A stretch of 63,921 bases of DNA, counting the filler, from Octopus bimaculoides (lineage: Eukaryota): NCBI RefSeq assembly GCF_001194135.2. It is 5 parts of 5 records of this genome, joined end to end, with 100 filler letters (N's around TTAATTAATTAA, not from the genome) between each part and the next. Parts side by side here need not be neighbours in the genome. Positions count along the whole stretch, not along the records: positions 1 to 18,277 come from NC_068994.1; 4 more parts are not named here. The stretch is one strand, 5' to 3'. Positions 1-12,805 of the stretch are shown one piece after another. Position 1 is the stretch's first letter. Each line of letters begins with the position of its first letter. A program made the translations under genes and the position numbers. The notes under the pieces are model-generated. The model was not told the DNA's origin. It worked only from the letters and a program-made list of their open reading frames with translations, and ran no database searches.

Positions 1-203
1 GGAGAGAAAAGTAGAATAGCAAAAAGAGACAATAAAAGACATGTACATAAATAGATATAGACACAGCTGGTTGGATAGACACACAGACACATACACACAC
101 AGACACACACATACACACACACACACACACACATACACACACACACATATATATACACATATAGAAAGGAAGAAAAACACGAGATTGGAAGTCAAGATGA
201 GAA

Positions 204-262
<59 letters not shown>

Positions 263-264
263 GC

Positions 265-296
<32 letters not shown>

Positions 297-726
297 TGAC
301 AGACAGAAATATTGTCTGAAATTATAAGAAGTAATCTCTCTGAATTCATGTCAGCAGACAAAATAAATAAATAAAAAGTGAATAAATAAATAATTAAAAA
401 AACAAATAAATAAATATTAATGCGTTTGTTTGAACCTGACTCTGTGTGTGTATGTGTACGTGTGCATGTATATGTGTGTGTGTGTTTTGTTTGTTTATAA
501 TTTGTATGTATGTTTCCTTTCCCATGGACACGGACGCACACATATGAATACGCACGCACGCGCATACACACATCCGCACTTATATATTGTATTTTTTTCT
601 CGATATGAATTTGTGTGTGTGTTTAAGATTTGAGTAATAAGATTTCAAATGACATTAGATAATAGGTGCATAGAATGAGTGCTCAGGTCGCATTAATGCC
701 GAATTCCAGCGCTGAATGGAGAGGTT

Positions 727-776
<50 letters not shown>

Positions 777-896
777 CATNNNNNNNNNNNNNNNNNNNNN
801 NNNNNNNNNNNNNNNNNNNNNNNNNNNNNNNNNNNNNNNNNNNNNNNNATTAAAATTAAATTAAGTTTCACAGTATTAAATATATATATATATATA

Positions 897-1032
897 GTTT
901 TAGGGAAAAGAACCAAGGTTCATGAACTCATCGATATTATACATATTTATTGTGCTTTTACTTATTAATTTTTCTATGTGACAGTGGATTTTCATCGATG
1001 AGTTCATGAACCCTGGTTCTTTTCCCTAAAAC
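897..1032. mobile_element. 136-bp MITE with 39-bp terminal inverted repeats, inserted in (TA)n
   Basis: Left 897-935 GTTTTAGGGAAAAGAACCAAGGTTCATGAACTCATCGAT is the reverse complement of 994-1032 with 1 mismatch; TA on both flanks. Confidence 0.85.
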
Positions 1033-1280
1033 TATCTATATATATATATAAATGGAACAAAAACGCAATACAGGACAATAAAACATTCGGACAAATAGAC
1101 GATACAAATGCAGACAAGAGAAACAACAATTAGAAGGACAGGCACAAAAAGACGGGTCATTCGTGGCTTTCTTTCCTCAGTCAAGTTCCAAAAGTCACGA
1201 CCGTTTCGAGCAGTTACACTTGAGATGGTTCGAACTGGTTGCCCCCAAAATGTATGTATATAAGAGATATGGTACGGCAA

Positions 1281-1330
1281 ATGTCGTGCTGATGACGTTT
1301 ATTGACGCGAAACGTGTGTCTGTTACTGTC
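1281..1330 (+). ncRNA. Degenerate minimal type I hammerhead-ribozyme-like motif
   Basis: CTGATGA (1289-1295), CGT/ACG stem II, GAAA (1309-1312), CGTGT, GTC (1318-1320). There is one extra C before GAAA and stem I is only G.U pairs. Confidence 0.3.
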
Positions 1331-2474
1331 CTCTTATTGTACGCAATATTAGAGAGAACAAACGACATCTCCAAGATGGTTACGACCGTGACCTCTTCTC
1401 TCCAACAATATTGTGTTTAATAATTACACATCTCTGACGATTTGGTAGCAAATTGGATTACGGAATTTGTAATTTTGCATTGTGTAACCAATAAGCACCC
1501 TATGTTAATGAAACGTACGTAAGATGTTGTAATTAAACCTCTTATTAGCAATAGCTAATGCTCTGTTTTTTTTGGGGGGGGGGGTTCTATACATATGTAT
1601 GTGTTTTTATAGCTATTGACATACACTTGTTTTCACACACACATAAAACTGTTGATATAATCAAACAAATTTAGTCAGAATTCTTTTTCATACAAAGAAC
1701 GCAGACACAATTTTGCCAGATTTTTTGGTTAAAAACATTTATCCATAAAGAATTTTTGCTGAACTCTGCCAGTATATGAACATTTGAATTACATTCATAT
1801 TAACTTTCCCATATTCTGAAAATAATTTGACTTCACGCAATTTTTTTCGTTTCGTCTTCGTTATTGTTCTTGTTGCTGTTACGGCTGCCGCTGTTGTTTT
1901 CTCTATTTATGTACTTTGAACTGCATTCTACTGGAGATGTCAACCGCACACAATCCGTTATTCTACAAAATACATTACATAACTTCGATTGTGTTCGCTG
2001 GCTTTCATCGGTTGAGATTGATTAATTTTTATTTGAAAGAATTGACCATATTGCTCTACATCGGATTCTCTGTACGTCTTTCTTTCTTTCTTCTTCTCAT
2101 TCCTGATGACCCGACATATCTCTGGTCAATTAAATCTTTTCACTGGCCTTTCGTGAGGTGTCAGTTCTTATTACTATTCGTCAGCATTTATTCATACATA
2201 AATGGCGCCTACAAAGAAAACACACACAAACAAAAAACTATTTATTGTAAGTAAGCATTGTGACTGACCTATTCGATAATTCAAAGATGTTCTGTAGATA
2301 AAACTGTGATAAAACATGGATATTAATCATTTTAACTGCCTGGCTTTAAAATAACTAACGAGAATAATATTGTATTTAAACAGGTTTTGTTTCTGCGGGT
2401 ATACGTTAGCAGTTAGAATATACAGTGTTTTCATAAATGGCGTAATCAGTACACGACAATTTTACTGTTACGTG

Positions 2475-2510
<36 letters not shown>

Positions 2511-3699
2511 AGTATGTATAGATAGATAGATAGATAGATATGTATATATATATATANNNNNNNNNNNNNNNNNNNNNNNNNNNNNNNNNNNNNNNNNNNN
2601 NNNNNNNNNNNNNNNNNNNNNNNNNNNNNNNNNNNNNNNNNNNNNNNNNNNNNNNNNNNNNNNNNNNNNNNNNNNNNNNNNNNNNNNNNNNNNNNNNNNN
2701 NNNNNNNNNNNNNNNNNNNNNNNNNNNNNNNNNNNNNNNNNNNNNNNNNNNNNNNNNNNNNNNNNNNNNNNNNNNNNNNNNNNNNNNNNNNNNNNNNNNN
2801 NNNNNNNNNNNNNNNNNNNNNNNNNNNNNNNNNNNNNNNNNNNNNNNNNNNNNNNNNNNNNNNNNNNNNNNNNNNNNNNNNNNNNNNNNNNNNNNNNNNN
2901 NNNNNNNNNNNNNNNNNNNNNNNNNNNNNNNNNNNNNNNNNNNNNNNNNNNNNNNNNNNNNNNNNNNNNNNNNNNNNNNNNNNNNNNNNNNNNNNNNNNN
3001 NNNNNNNNNNNNNNNNNNNNNNNNNNNNNNNNNNNNNNNNNNNNNNNNNNNNNNNNNNNNNNNNNNNNNNNNNNNNNNNNNNNNNNNNNNNNNNNNNNNN
3101 NNNNNNNNNNNNNNNNNNNNNNNNNNNNNNNNNNNNNNNNNNNNNNNNNNNNNNNNNNNNNNNNNNNNNNNNNNNNNNNNNNNNNNNNNNNNNNNNNNNN
3201 NNNNNNNNNNNNNNNNNNNNNNNNNNNNNNNNNNNNNNNNNNNNNNNNNNNNNNNNNNNNNNNNNNNNNNNNNNNNNNNNNNNNNNNNNNNNNNNNNNNN
3301 NNNNNNNNNNNNNNNNNNNNNNNNNNNNNNNNNNNNNNNNNNNNNNNNNNNAAACAATTTATGACTTTCCGCTCTTTAACTTTCTCTTAAGAAAACTTAC
3401 GAATAAATATTCGTTTTTCTGTTTCACTTTAATGAATTACTTTCAATACAATAATACCAACGCGTTCACGCATGGTCAGTCGTGTGCTTCCTTCAGTTGA
3501 ATCGTGGGTCCATCTGACGCGCTTTTTTTCCCCACCCGAAAAATGTCTTAAAAAAAAAATCAACTCGGGTCCTTCATGCAAAACTGTGCCTACATTACAA
3601 GCTTTCATGCATAACAAAAAGCTTATCCTGAATAGGTGTTGCTGAAATTGGGGTGCATCAACAATGCCCATGTGTCTTTTAGGCTATCAAATATACGGC

Positions 3700-3916
3700 A
3701 CGAAGGGTGCTGGAAAGTTCCTGGCTTTTAAGGGTATCATGAAAGGCCTGGTGGAGGCCCAAGCTTCTGAGTTCTTTTACAGGGCTTAGAAAAACTGAAG
3801 GACCACTGCAATTAGTGTGTGAATTTGAGAGGGGGTATGTTCAATAAAATCATAATTAAGTGATCCTCCTGTATTTTCTTTAACCCAAAGTCAGGAACTT
3901 TTCAGCATTCCTCGTA
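3700..3916 (+). mobile_element. Mariner-derived MITE
   Basis: TIRs ACGAAGGGTGCTGGAAAGTTCCTGGC ... GTCAGGAACTTTTCAGCATTCCTCGTA. The interior encodes a degenerate mariner transposase C-terminus (GLEKLKDHCN*CVNLRG). Second copy at 48157-48365. Confidence 0.85.
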
Positions 3917-3919
3917 TAA

Positions 3920-4121
3920 TGGTTTCAAATTTTAGCACATCGCCAGCAGTTTCGAAGAAAAAGGGGTAACTCGATTATATCGACCCCAGTCTTCAACTGG
4001 TAGTTATGTTATCGAACCCGAAAAGATGAAAGGTAAAGTCGACCTCGGCGGAATTTGAACTCACAACGTAAAGGCGGACGAGATGCCGCTAAGTGTTTCG
4101 ACTGGCGTGCTGACGATCCTG
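3920..4121 (-). mobile_element. SINE family B (tRNA-like head, Meta-domain-like centre)
   Basis: Shares GTCGACTTTxCCTTTCATCxTTTCGGG..CGATAA..AxTACCAGTT with about 10 other copies in the window. Confidence 0.8.
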
Positions 4122-4135
4122 TATTGGTTGTTTTT

Positions 4136-4290
4136 TGTCCTCGTAACTTAGCGGTTGAGCAAAAGATGTCGATAGAATAAGTACCGGGCTTAAAGAAAAA
4201 AAAAAGTACGAGGGTCGATTCATTCGACTAAAAATTCTTCAAGGCGGAGTCCCAGCATGGCCGCAGACTGAAACAAGTAAAAAAAAAAGA
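4136..4290 (+). mobile_element. SINE family A, 3' part
   Basis: CGTAACTTAGCGGTT..CAAAAGA..CGATAGAATAAGTAC...CCAGCATGGCCGCAG.CTGAAACAAGTAAAA matches the 3' half of the full copy at 14799-15190. Confidence 0.8.
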
Positions 4291-4640
4291 TGTATGTATA
4301 TAATTATGTATGCACAAGANNNNNNNNNNNNNNNNNNNNNNNNNNNNNNNNNNNNNNNNNNNNNNNNNNNNNNNNNNNNNNNNNNNNNNNNNNNNNNNNN
4401 NNNNNNNNNNNNNNNNNNNNNNNNNNNNNNNNNNNNNNNNNNNNNNNNNNNNNNNNNNNNNNNNNNNNNNNNNNNNNNNNNNNNNNNNNNNNNNNNNNNN
4501 NNNNNNNNNNNNNNNNNNNNNNNNNNNNNNNNNNNNNNNNNNNNNNNNNNNNNNNNNNNNNNNNNNNNNNNNNNNNNNNNNNNNNNNNNNNNNNNNNNNN
4601 NNNNNNNNNNNNNNNNNNNNNNNNNNNNNNNNNNNNNNNN

Positions 4641-4691
<51 letters not shown>

Positions 4692-5159
4692 ACAAGACAC
4701 ACATATATATGGCTATGTTTATCTACATACCATTTGTTTACACGCTCTGCCTCCATTTCCTCTCGTCCTCCATCTATATAAATAATACAATACATACAGA
4801 TATGTGTGTATGAATGTGTGTGTGTATGTGTGTGTGAATGTGTGTGAATGTGTGTGTGTGCACACGTAAACGTTCACACACTCACACACACATGTATTTT
4901 TTTTTTGTTTAGTTTTGTTTGTTTTGTTAGTCATTGCACTCTGGCCATCCTGGAGCAATGTAATAAACTATGCCGACACGCACTACTTAGCTGCTAGCTG
5001 TTTCAACGGATTCGTTGGTAAGAAACGCTATGTCGACTTGGGCAAGATATGAACTCGAGACGCAAGGGGACGTGACCAAATAAGAGAAGGTATTTTGCCA
5101 GCCACTCGATCGATCCTGCTAATGCTGTACGATTATCACACACACTCTCACACACAAAG

Positions 5160-5221
<62 letters not shown>

Positions 5222-5499
5222 GCTTCTGACTGAATATACCACAAGTCTCATGGCTGCACAAACACTGCACCGAATTGTACTGCATTCAATAGACTCCAGA
5301 TCCACACTAAATTGCAGATTCAATAGCAACAGGTGGATGGTGGTTCATTCACTACAGCTGTTTCAGACATGTTTTTTATTGATGAATAAATAGAATTATT
5401 ACATCATGTGAAAAAAAAACCGTTTTCATCAGGTGAATATATGCACAAATTAAACATTAAAAAAAAACATTCCACATATCTGAGTATGTGCCATTTCAT

Positions 5500-5765
5500 G
5501 GTCCTCTGGCGAACTTCGGCCAGAAAACACAATGAAAAACGAAAGCATAAAAACGAAAACATAGGAAACGAACTTTTTTTCGAACAACGAAAAAAACAGA
5601 GAAACGAGACATGCAACATAAAGAGTATACCCCTTCGTCAGTTGTCCCTGTTCCATCTACTCCGCGTTCCGAAGGCAAGGACAATACGCGACTTCGTTGA
5701 CACAGTCCTTCCCGCAAAGCAAATTAAATAAAATTTGGGATTTTTTTGCGGAGGGTGAAAGTGTT
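5500..5765. repeat. Unclassified interspersed repeat (family G), possibly Penelope-related
   Basis: Colinear with 22540-22790 (AACATAAAGA...CTACTC...AAATTAAAT.AAATTTGGGATTTT..GAGGGT.AAAGT); minus strand carries CTGACGA. Confidence 0.55.
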
Positions 5766-5854
5766 AACATATATATACATACACACACATAATTCAAAAT
5801 TGCGCAGAAAAAAAGTTAAAAGAAAAAAGACAGAGAAAGGTGAGAGAACAATAA

Positions 5855-5945
5855 AAACAATGTCCATTAGTTTGACGCTCAAGAGAAATGGAAGTGTCTT
5901 TGACGTTTCGAGCCTACGTCCTTCTACAGAACTAAAGTAAACTAA
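5855..5945 (-). mobile_element. Partial copy of a small Penelope-like element with a hammerhead-like motif
   Basis: Minus strand reads CTGTAGA-A-GGAC-GTAG-GCTC-GAAAC-GTC-AAAG; homologous to 13568-13755 and 45200-45360. Confidence 0.6.
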
Positions 5946-6937
5946 ACTAAAAATAAATTGATGTTGGCTGTGATAGTACAGGAATGTCATAGACTTATAT
6001 ATGCATATATACATACATATATACATATAGATTGCTACATTCACATATCCATACGTAATCTTATATATACATATATTGTACGCATGCATACGTATATTAT
6101 ATTCACACATACATACCATTACATACCATTACATACCATTACATACCATTACATCTATCCACTATTCAAGTGGGTGTCTGTTGAATGCAAATACGGTTCA
6201 TAATGAATATAAATATTAAATAGATTGCGTGTATGTGTGTGTATGTGTGTGTATATGGTTATGTATGTGTATGTATGACTGTGTGTCTAGATGTGTGATG
6301 TCTGTGCGTATTTGTTTTATATTCTCCAGTGTGTTTGTGGGCTTATGTATGCATGCATGCATGTATGTATGTATGTATGTATGTATGCATACATATACAC
6401 ATACATACATACATATATACATATATATATGTATATATATATACATGTATATATATNNNNNNNNNNNNNNNNNNNNNNNNNNNNNNNNNNNNNNNNNNNN
6501 NNNNNNNNNNNNNNNNNNNNNNNNNNNNNNNNNNNNNNNNNNNNNNNNNNNNNNNNNNNNNNNNNNNNNNNNNNNNNNNNNNNNNNNNNNNNNNNNNNNN
6601 NNNNNNNNNNNNNNNNNNNNNNNNNNNNNNNNNNNNNNNNNNNNNNNNNNNNNNNNNNNNNNNNNNNNNNNNNNNNNNNNNNNNNNNNNNNNNNNNNNNN
6701 NNNNNNNNNNNNNNNNNNNNNNNNNNNNNNNNNNNNNNNNNNNNNNNNNNNNNNNNNNNNNNNNNNNNNNNNNNNNNNNNNNNNNNNNNNNNNNNNNNNN
6801 NNNNNNNNNNNNNNNNNNNNNNNNNNNNNNNNNNNNNNNNNNNNNNNNNNNNNNNNNNNNNNNNNNNNNNNNNNNNNNNNNNNNNNNNNNNNNNNNNNNN
6901 NNNNNNNNTAGATAGATAGATAGATAGATAGATAGTT

Positions 6938-6988
<51 letters not shown>

Positions 6989-6997
6989 TAGACAGAC

Positions 6998-7048
<51 letters not shown>

Positions 7049-7216
7049 CAGACATGGAGGCAGACAGACAGACAGACAGATAGACAGACAGACAGACAGA
7101 TAGATAGAGATAGACAGACAGACAAACAGACAAACAGACAGAATTTCGCTTTTATCAATATAGATAGTTATATAGATAGACAGACAGACAGACACACACA
7201 CACACACAAATAGATG

Positions 7217-7285
<69 letters not shown>

Positions 7286-7421
7286 TGGGCAGTCTTATCG
7301 ACAGATATAATTAGAGGGTCTGGTGAAAGGATGAAATCGTAAGGACAGAATAAATCATTAAATGGAGCTGGTAAAAAAGTATATAATTGAGTTGGAGGAG
7401 GGAAAATGTATGGAAATACAC

Positions 7422-7493
<72 letters not shown>

Positions 7494-7830
7494 AGGTGAA
7501 AAGAGAGGGAGAAGCAGTAAGAAAATAGTTAAAAGAAAAGCGACTCAGAAATTGGAGAAAAAGTGAAGGAAAGAAATAGAAAGAGGAGAGAAAGAAGAGC
7601 TAGAAGGCAAATATATAAGAAATTGGAGGTAAAAATAGAAGGAATGATGAAAAGAAACGAAGTGATATTTAGCGGGATGAAGAGGAGTGGAGATAGAAAG
7701 ATAGAGAGAGTGAGAGAGAGAGTGAGAGAGAGAGAGTGAGAGAGAGTGAGAGAGAGTGAGAGAGAGAGAGCATAAAACGAAGATAAGACCAGAGAGAGAG
7801 AGAGAGAGAGAAAAGGGTGAGAAAGAGAAA

Positions 7831-7870
<40 letters not shown>

Positions 7871-8081
7871 GTGAGAAAGAGAAAAGGGAGAGAGAGAGAA
7901 AAGGGAGAGAGAGAGAGAGAGATTGATAGAGAAAACCGGATTGAGAGAGAGGGAGAGAAAGAGAGCGGGCAAGATAGATAGAGAGAGGAGGAGAGTATAA
8001 GAGAGAAAGCAAGAGATAGATTGATAAAGATAGAGAGAGAGAGAGAGAGAAAGAGAGAGATAGACAGACAGACAGACTGAT

Positions 8082-8114
<33 letters not shown>

Positions 8115-8191
8115 GAGATGGGTGGGTGGATAGATAGATACATACATACATACATAGACAGAAAACAGACAGATAGACAGACAGACAAATC

Positions 8192-8277
<86 letters not shown>

Positions 8278-8318
8278 TAGATAGATAGATAAACAGACAG
8301 ATAGACAGACAGACAGAC

Positions 8319-8349
<31 letters not shown>

Positions 8350-9259
8350 CAGATAGGTTTCTTTATTAGCCACACAGGGCTCAACACAGAGGGGACAAAA
8401 TCCAAAAGATAGATAGACAGATAGACAGACAGACAGATAGATAGATAGTGTATGCACATGATAGTAATAATTGTCGTTGATGTTGTTTGCCCAATATAAT
8501 GTCTGTTTAAGTCGACCCAGGATCAATGCGTTCCAGCCATGACCAAATCAGATTACTTTCAGAGAAGGCATCAGGACTGTTATCCAAATAGGGTGTGGTG
8601 TTAGGTGTACTTGGTTGCTTCTTCTAGCAAGCTGAGCGACCATGTAGTGTCTCTAAGGCAAGGTGGTGGTGGTGGTGGTGGTGGTGGTAGTGGTGGTGGT
8701 GGTGGTGAGGGCAAAAAGTAAAAGAATATGAAGAGACTTGTTTGAGAGTGGGGGAAGAGNNNNNNNNNNNNNNNNNNNNNNNNNNNNNNNNNNNNNNNNN
8801 NNNNNNNNNNNNNNNNNNNNNNNNNNNNNNNNNNNNNNNNNNNNNNNNNNNNNNNNNNNNNNNNNNNNNNNNNNNNNNNNNNNNNNNNNNNNNNNNNNNN
8901 NNNNNNNNNNNNNNNNNNNNNNNNNNNNNNNNNNNNNNNNNNNNNNNNNNNNNNNNNNNNNNNNNNNNNNNNNNNNNNNNNNNNNNNNNNNNNNNNNNNN
9001 NNNNNNNNNNNNNNNNNNNNNNNNNNNNNNNNNNNNNNNNNNNNNNNNNNNNNNNNNNNNNNNNNNNNNNNNNNNNNNNNNNNNNNNNNNNATATGTATA
9101 TATAATTTATATAAGGGGTTTTTTCACGCTGACTACTTGATAAATTCTTATAAAGATTTTATCCTATATTATATTATATATGTATATATATGTATATGTA
9201 TGTATGTATGTATGTATGTATATATTGATTGTTTTTTATATATATTTTTTATTAATATA

Positions 9260-9366
9260 TAGCAGAAGTAACAGAGTGACTCAAGGTCCCGACAGTTTTG
9301 TGAGTTTGCACTTGAGTGTCACCGCCCGAAACTCTCGGGCTTTGAGTCACTCTGTTATTTCTGCTA
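9260..9366. mobile_element. About 105-bp TA-flanked MITE (Tc1/mariner-type termini)
   Basis: TAGCAGAAGTAACAGAGTGACTCAA (9260-9284) versus TTGAGTCACTCTGTTATTTCTGCTA (9342-9366), 1 mismatch, counting the terminal TA; internal GCCCGA/TCGGGC hairpin. Confidence 0.8.
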
Positions 9367-9599
9367 AATATTAATAAAAACGTTTATTTACTCATATTTT
9401 GAGTTCTATTTTTCCCGTTTGCACCAACATACTTCTCTCTCTCTCTCTCTCTCTCCCTCTCTATACATAAAACATAAAAACAAACATTAATATATCTATA
9501 TATATCAATATGTATACATATATTTTTTATGTATATATATGTATGTGTTATATATATATATATATAGATACATACATACTTACATACATGCTTACATAC

Positions 9600-10269
9600 G
9601 TAAAGTATGTGAATGTGAGAGAGAGAGAGAGGCTAAGAGATAAAAGAGAAATAGTATGGAAGACGAGGAGAAAAACAGAGGGGAAAGTGTAAAGGAGATT
9701 GTGAAGAAATGAATGATGATAGATAGAGTGAGATTGGTGCGTTGAATAATGAAAGAGGAAAGGAAAATAGTGCGCAAAGAAATATTGGAAGAGAGTGGAA
9801 GGTGAAGGGAAGCTTGACAAAGAGAGAGGGGGAGAGAAAGAATAAGAGAAGAAGTAGACAGATAGTGAGTGAGTGAGATATAAGAGTGACGAAGAAAGAT
9901 GGTGATATAGACAGATAGCGATATGGAGATATATGAGTGGTGTGGAAAGATGGTGAGGTAGATAGGGAAAAATGGAGAAGAAGCCAAGAGAGATAGGGTG
10001 AGAATGAGAAAGAGGAGAGAGAGAGGGAGGGATAAAAGTGTGAGAGCGTAAAGAGAGAGAGATTGAGAGAGAGTGAAATAAGAGTGAGAGAAAGGGAGAG
10101 ATAAAGGAGTATTAGAGATAGTTTAAAAGTAAGAGAGAGAGAGAGAGAGAGAGAGGGCTAACAGAATGGGACAGTGTAAGAGAAGAAAAAAAGAGAGAGA
10201 GAGAGTGTGTGTGTGATGGATAACAGAATAGANNNNNNNNNNGATGGATAACAGAATAGAAAGAAGGAA

Positions 10270-10313
<44 letters not shown>

Positions 10314-12519
10314 ATGAAAGGCAATTAGTGAAATGGAAAGAGAAGAAGAGAGATAAAAGAGTGTGACAAATAGAGAGAGAGAGAGACAGGCAGAGAGAGG
10401 GGAAAGAGAAGGAGAATAAAAAGTGTGTGACTGTAAAAGAGAGAGAAAGAGAGATAAAAGAGAAGGGTTGATAGTGAACTAGAAGGAAAAAGTGTGAGAC
10501 GGGTAGAGAGGAAGAGATATAAAGATATAGAGGAGAGAGAGAGGGGGGGAGAGAGAATAGATACTGTATGAGAATGAAAGCAAGAGAGAAGTAGGTGAGA
10601 GAGAGAAGACATTGTGAATGCCGTGTGGCGTAAAGAAGGCTGAAAAGAGAGATAACATTAAGAAACTAAAATAAGCAAGTAAATAAATAACTAAATATCT
10701 GAGTAAATAAACAAATAAAAGGCCTTGTAAGTGAGAGAGAGAGAGAGAGAGAGAACATGAGTGAGTGGCTGAGTGAGGGAGAGAGGGACAGAGACAGAGT
10801 GTGTATGCGTTTGAGAGAGGGTGAAAGAGACGAGTTAAGGGAAATGAGATGGGTAGGAATAGACAGAGGGGGAGTGAATAAAAAAGCGTAATACAAAGGA
10901 GTGAGGGGGGAAAGCGTGAGTGGGAGGAAGGTAAGAAAAGAGAGGTAAAGTAATGATTCTGAGGGAGTGGATAGGAAGAGTAAAATGAGAGAGAGAAGGA
11001 GGAGGGTGAGAGATAGTTGAATGAAGGTGAGGAGGAGGAAGAGGGAAGAATAGGATTAAATGGGAGTGAGATGTGTGAAAGGAAGAGAGTAACATGTAAG
11101 GAGGAGGGGGGAAAGAAGTGGCGATGTGTGAGAAAGAGGGGGAGTGAGAAAGATTAGAAAGATAGGGAGATGTGTAGGAAAGAGGGGGAAGAGAAGAAAA
11201 AAAGAAACGGAAAGGAAAGAGGTATTTTGTGCAAAGGTGAAAGAGAAGGAAGAAGAGAGAGAGATAAAGTAGGGTGTGATAGGGAGGAGAGTAGGAGTGG
11301 GAAGAATATGTATGGAGAATATGATAGTTAAATGAGAGGGGGAGGAAGGGGAGAAAGCGAGGAGGAGATGAATGCAAATGAAGTGAGGAAGAGGAGAAAG
11401 GAAGGTTAGATGTGTAAAGGAGAGGGGGAGAAAAAGAGAGAAAGTAGGTAGAGAAGAACGGGAGGGTGTATAAAAGGGAAAGATTAACGAAAACAGGAAG
11501 GAGGAAGAGGATATGATGTCTAAACGAAGGGGTGATGAAGGGGAGTAGAGAGAGAGAGAGAGGTATATATATCTCAGAGGTTGAGAAAGAGAGAAACAGA
11601 GAGTAAAGTGTGTAAATGGGAGGGTGAAGAAAAGAAAGTAGAAAGTAAGGTATATAAAAGGGAGGGTGAGAAAGAAAAAAGTAGAGAAAGTAAAAATAGG
11701 GAGAAATATGAAAAGGGAGAAAGAGAGAATAAGGAGAAAAGGAAAGAGAGATAGAGAGAAAGAGAGAAAGCGAGAGAATGGCGGGAAGTGAGAAGTAAAA
11801 GTAATAGAAAAGATGTTTGGAATGTAAAAGGTGAGACGGATTGATTGAGACATGTCGTGAGAGAGAGAGGGAGAAAGAGTAAGAGAGGGAGAGAGAGTAA
11901 GAGAGGGAGAAAGAGTAAGAGAGGGAGAAGGAGTAAGAGAGGGAGAAAGAGAGGGTGTTAAGTTGAATGAAAGATAGAGTGTGAGAGGGAGGGAGTAGAG
12001 TGGAGAAGGAGGAAGAAAGGAAAAAGTTTAGGAGAAGAAAAAAGAAGAGAAAGTGTGAAGCGATGAAACTGGAAGAAAGTCTGACGACTTCTTAGTAAGT
12101 AGCTGTGCAGAGGAATAAAAGGAAGGGAGGGGGGAATATAAGTGGAGAATGAGGGAGAAAGAGAAGGATGTGACTGAGAGAGGGGGTAGGGAGAGAGATT
12201 GAAGGATGGGATTTTGTGAAGAGAGGAATGGTTGGAGGAAAAGCGGAGAAGGAAAGAGTAGAAGCAGAAATGGAGGTGGAGGAACGGTGAACGAGAAAGA
12301 GTAGGAGATGAAACGAGAGGGGGGAAATTGAGACGGTAGAGGTCGTAATTGAGAAGGAAAAGACAAAGAGAGAGAGAGAGAGAGAGGGGGAGAGAATAAA
12401 TTGGTAGAGAGATGAAAGGATGGAGGGGAAAGATATAGACTGAGTTTTAAAATAGAGAGAAAGAAGGTTTAAATTAGAGAAGGTGGGAAAGAGAAGGGAG
12501 AAGGGAGAGAAAATAGAGG

Positions 12520-12557
<38 letters not shown>

Positions 12558-12620
12558 AGAAAGGTAGACGAAGATAGAGTAAAAGAATAGAGGAGGGAGG
12601 TAAAAGGAAGAGCTTCAATA
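9600..12620 (+). repeat. About 3-kb purine-rich (GA) degenerate low-complexity block
   Basis: The plus strand is overwhelmingly A/G. It includes an ~18-bp tandem GAGTAAGAGAGGGAGAAA at ~11870-11950. Minus-strand L/S/F-rich ORFs are compositional artefacts. Confidence 0.85.
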
Positions 12621-12689
12621 AAAAGTATGAGTTTTACCTATCTATCTATCTATCTATCGATCGATCGATCGTTCGATCTGAAATATAAT

Positions 12690-12805
12690 TTGACAGTGTG
12701 GTAAGAAGTTTGCTCTTCAATCATATGGTCCCCGGTTCAGTCCCACTGACACCTTGGACCACACTCTTCCACTATCGCCTCGGACAGACCAGAGCCTTGA
12801 GAGTA
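12690..12805 (+). mobile_element. SINE family A head, degenerate
   Basis: GTGTGGTAAGAAGTTTGCT...GGTTCAGTCCCACTG.CACCTTGG...GACCAGAGCCTTG. Confidence 0.7.

Noticed and set aside
1032-1280. Signal-peptide-like ORF (MTRLFVPVLLIVVSLVCICIV)
   Set aside because: The hydrophobicity comes from a T-rich strand; the ORF starts in an AT-rich tract and ends in (TA)n, with no convincing donor site.
3429-3671. ABC-transporter signature (SGGEKKRV) in a minus-strand ORF
   Set aside because: The following residues (RWTHDS) do not fit the signature-to-Walker B context, and no other ABC exon was seen.
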